A stretch of DNA of 20,000 nt from Vermamoeba vermiformis (lineage: Eukaryota). The position numbers were made by a program, and so were the translations under genes. Positions 19,690-20,000 of this stretch are shown in pieces. The notes beneath the pieces are model-generated. The model ran no database searches. It saw nothing but the letters and a program-made list of their open reading frames with translations, and had not been told where the DNA came from. Each line of letters begins with the position of its first letter. Positions within the stretch are counted from its first letter, which is position 1. Where the stretch lies: NCBI GenBank assembly GCA_045837725.1, contig JBEWZL010000087.1, positions 119,358 through 139,357 on the forward strand, given 5' to 3'.

Positions 19690-20000
19690 TAGGAACGCTA
19701 ACAAGCATTGCAATTCTTGGAGGATCAAATCGATCAGATTTCGGAATCTGATCCGAAGCTCGTTTTGCTTAAAGGTTTTAATAAAGATGTATGCACTTTG
19801 TACAAATATATCTTTGTAGCTATTAAAGTTAGGCGTTTTTATGGTTAAAGGCAACGAATCAATTTTTTCATTTTTAACACGAGATCTGATTGATGCTGCA
19901 CAGACTAACAAAAATTTGCAAAGTAATGGCTACAAGGTAACAATATATTAAGTCAGTAATAATTATTTTAACGTACTAATACGGCAAAGAAAGCGCAAGA
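19675..20000 (-). CDS. 3' end of an unidentified spliced gene entering from the right edge
   Basis: A clean 47-nt intron at 19976-19930 (GTACGT...CTGAC...TGTAG). The last exon reads either to TAG at 19675 or, in another frame, to TAA at 19874; the frame cannot be resolved here. Confidence 0.35.

Noticed and set aside
1..20000. CRISPR arrays, operons, prophage or transposase genes
   Set aside because: The DNA is spliceosomal-intron-rich eukaryotic sequence with no regularly spaced repeats and no transposase, integrase or reverse-transcriptase motifs.

Overview
AT-rich, gene-dense, intron-rich eukaryotic nuclear DNA with short GT-AG introns (mostly GTAAGT/GTACGT donors and CTAAY/CTGAC branch points). 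It is probably from a free-living protist such as an amoeba, but the taxon cannot be fixed from this window. The ORF track only shows exon fragments, so I spliced the genes by hand, checking phase at the junctions. In order: an ankyrin-like/F-box/WD-like gene running off the left edge (-), SEC20 (+), PKR1 (-), a small F5/8-type galactose-binding-domain protein (-), two identical tRNA-Val(AAC) genes (-), CSN8 (-), mitochondrial uL15m (-), phospholipid methyltransferase PEMT/OPI3 (-), mitochondrial uL4m (+), SmE (-), an almost intronless F-box/LRR gene (-), a secreted GH18-like TIM-barrel protein of bacterial appearance (+), a frameshifted and switch-degenerate Rho-like GTPase (+), and a partial spliced gene at the right edge (-). 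I found no rRNA, CRISPR array or recognisable transposon, and no clearly new multi-gene system. The best leads are the possibly horizontally acquired secreted enzyme, the broken or recoded Rho-like gene, a GC-AG mini-intron that joins the ankyrin and F-box halves of gene 1, structured islands in an intron and an intergenic region, and an excess of GATC.
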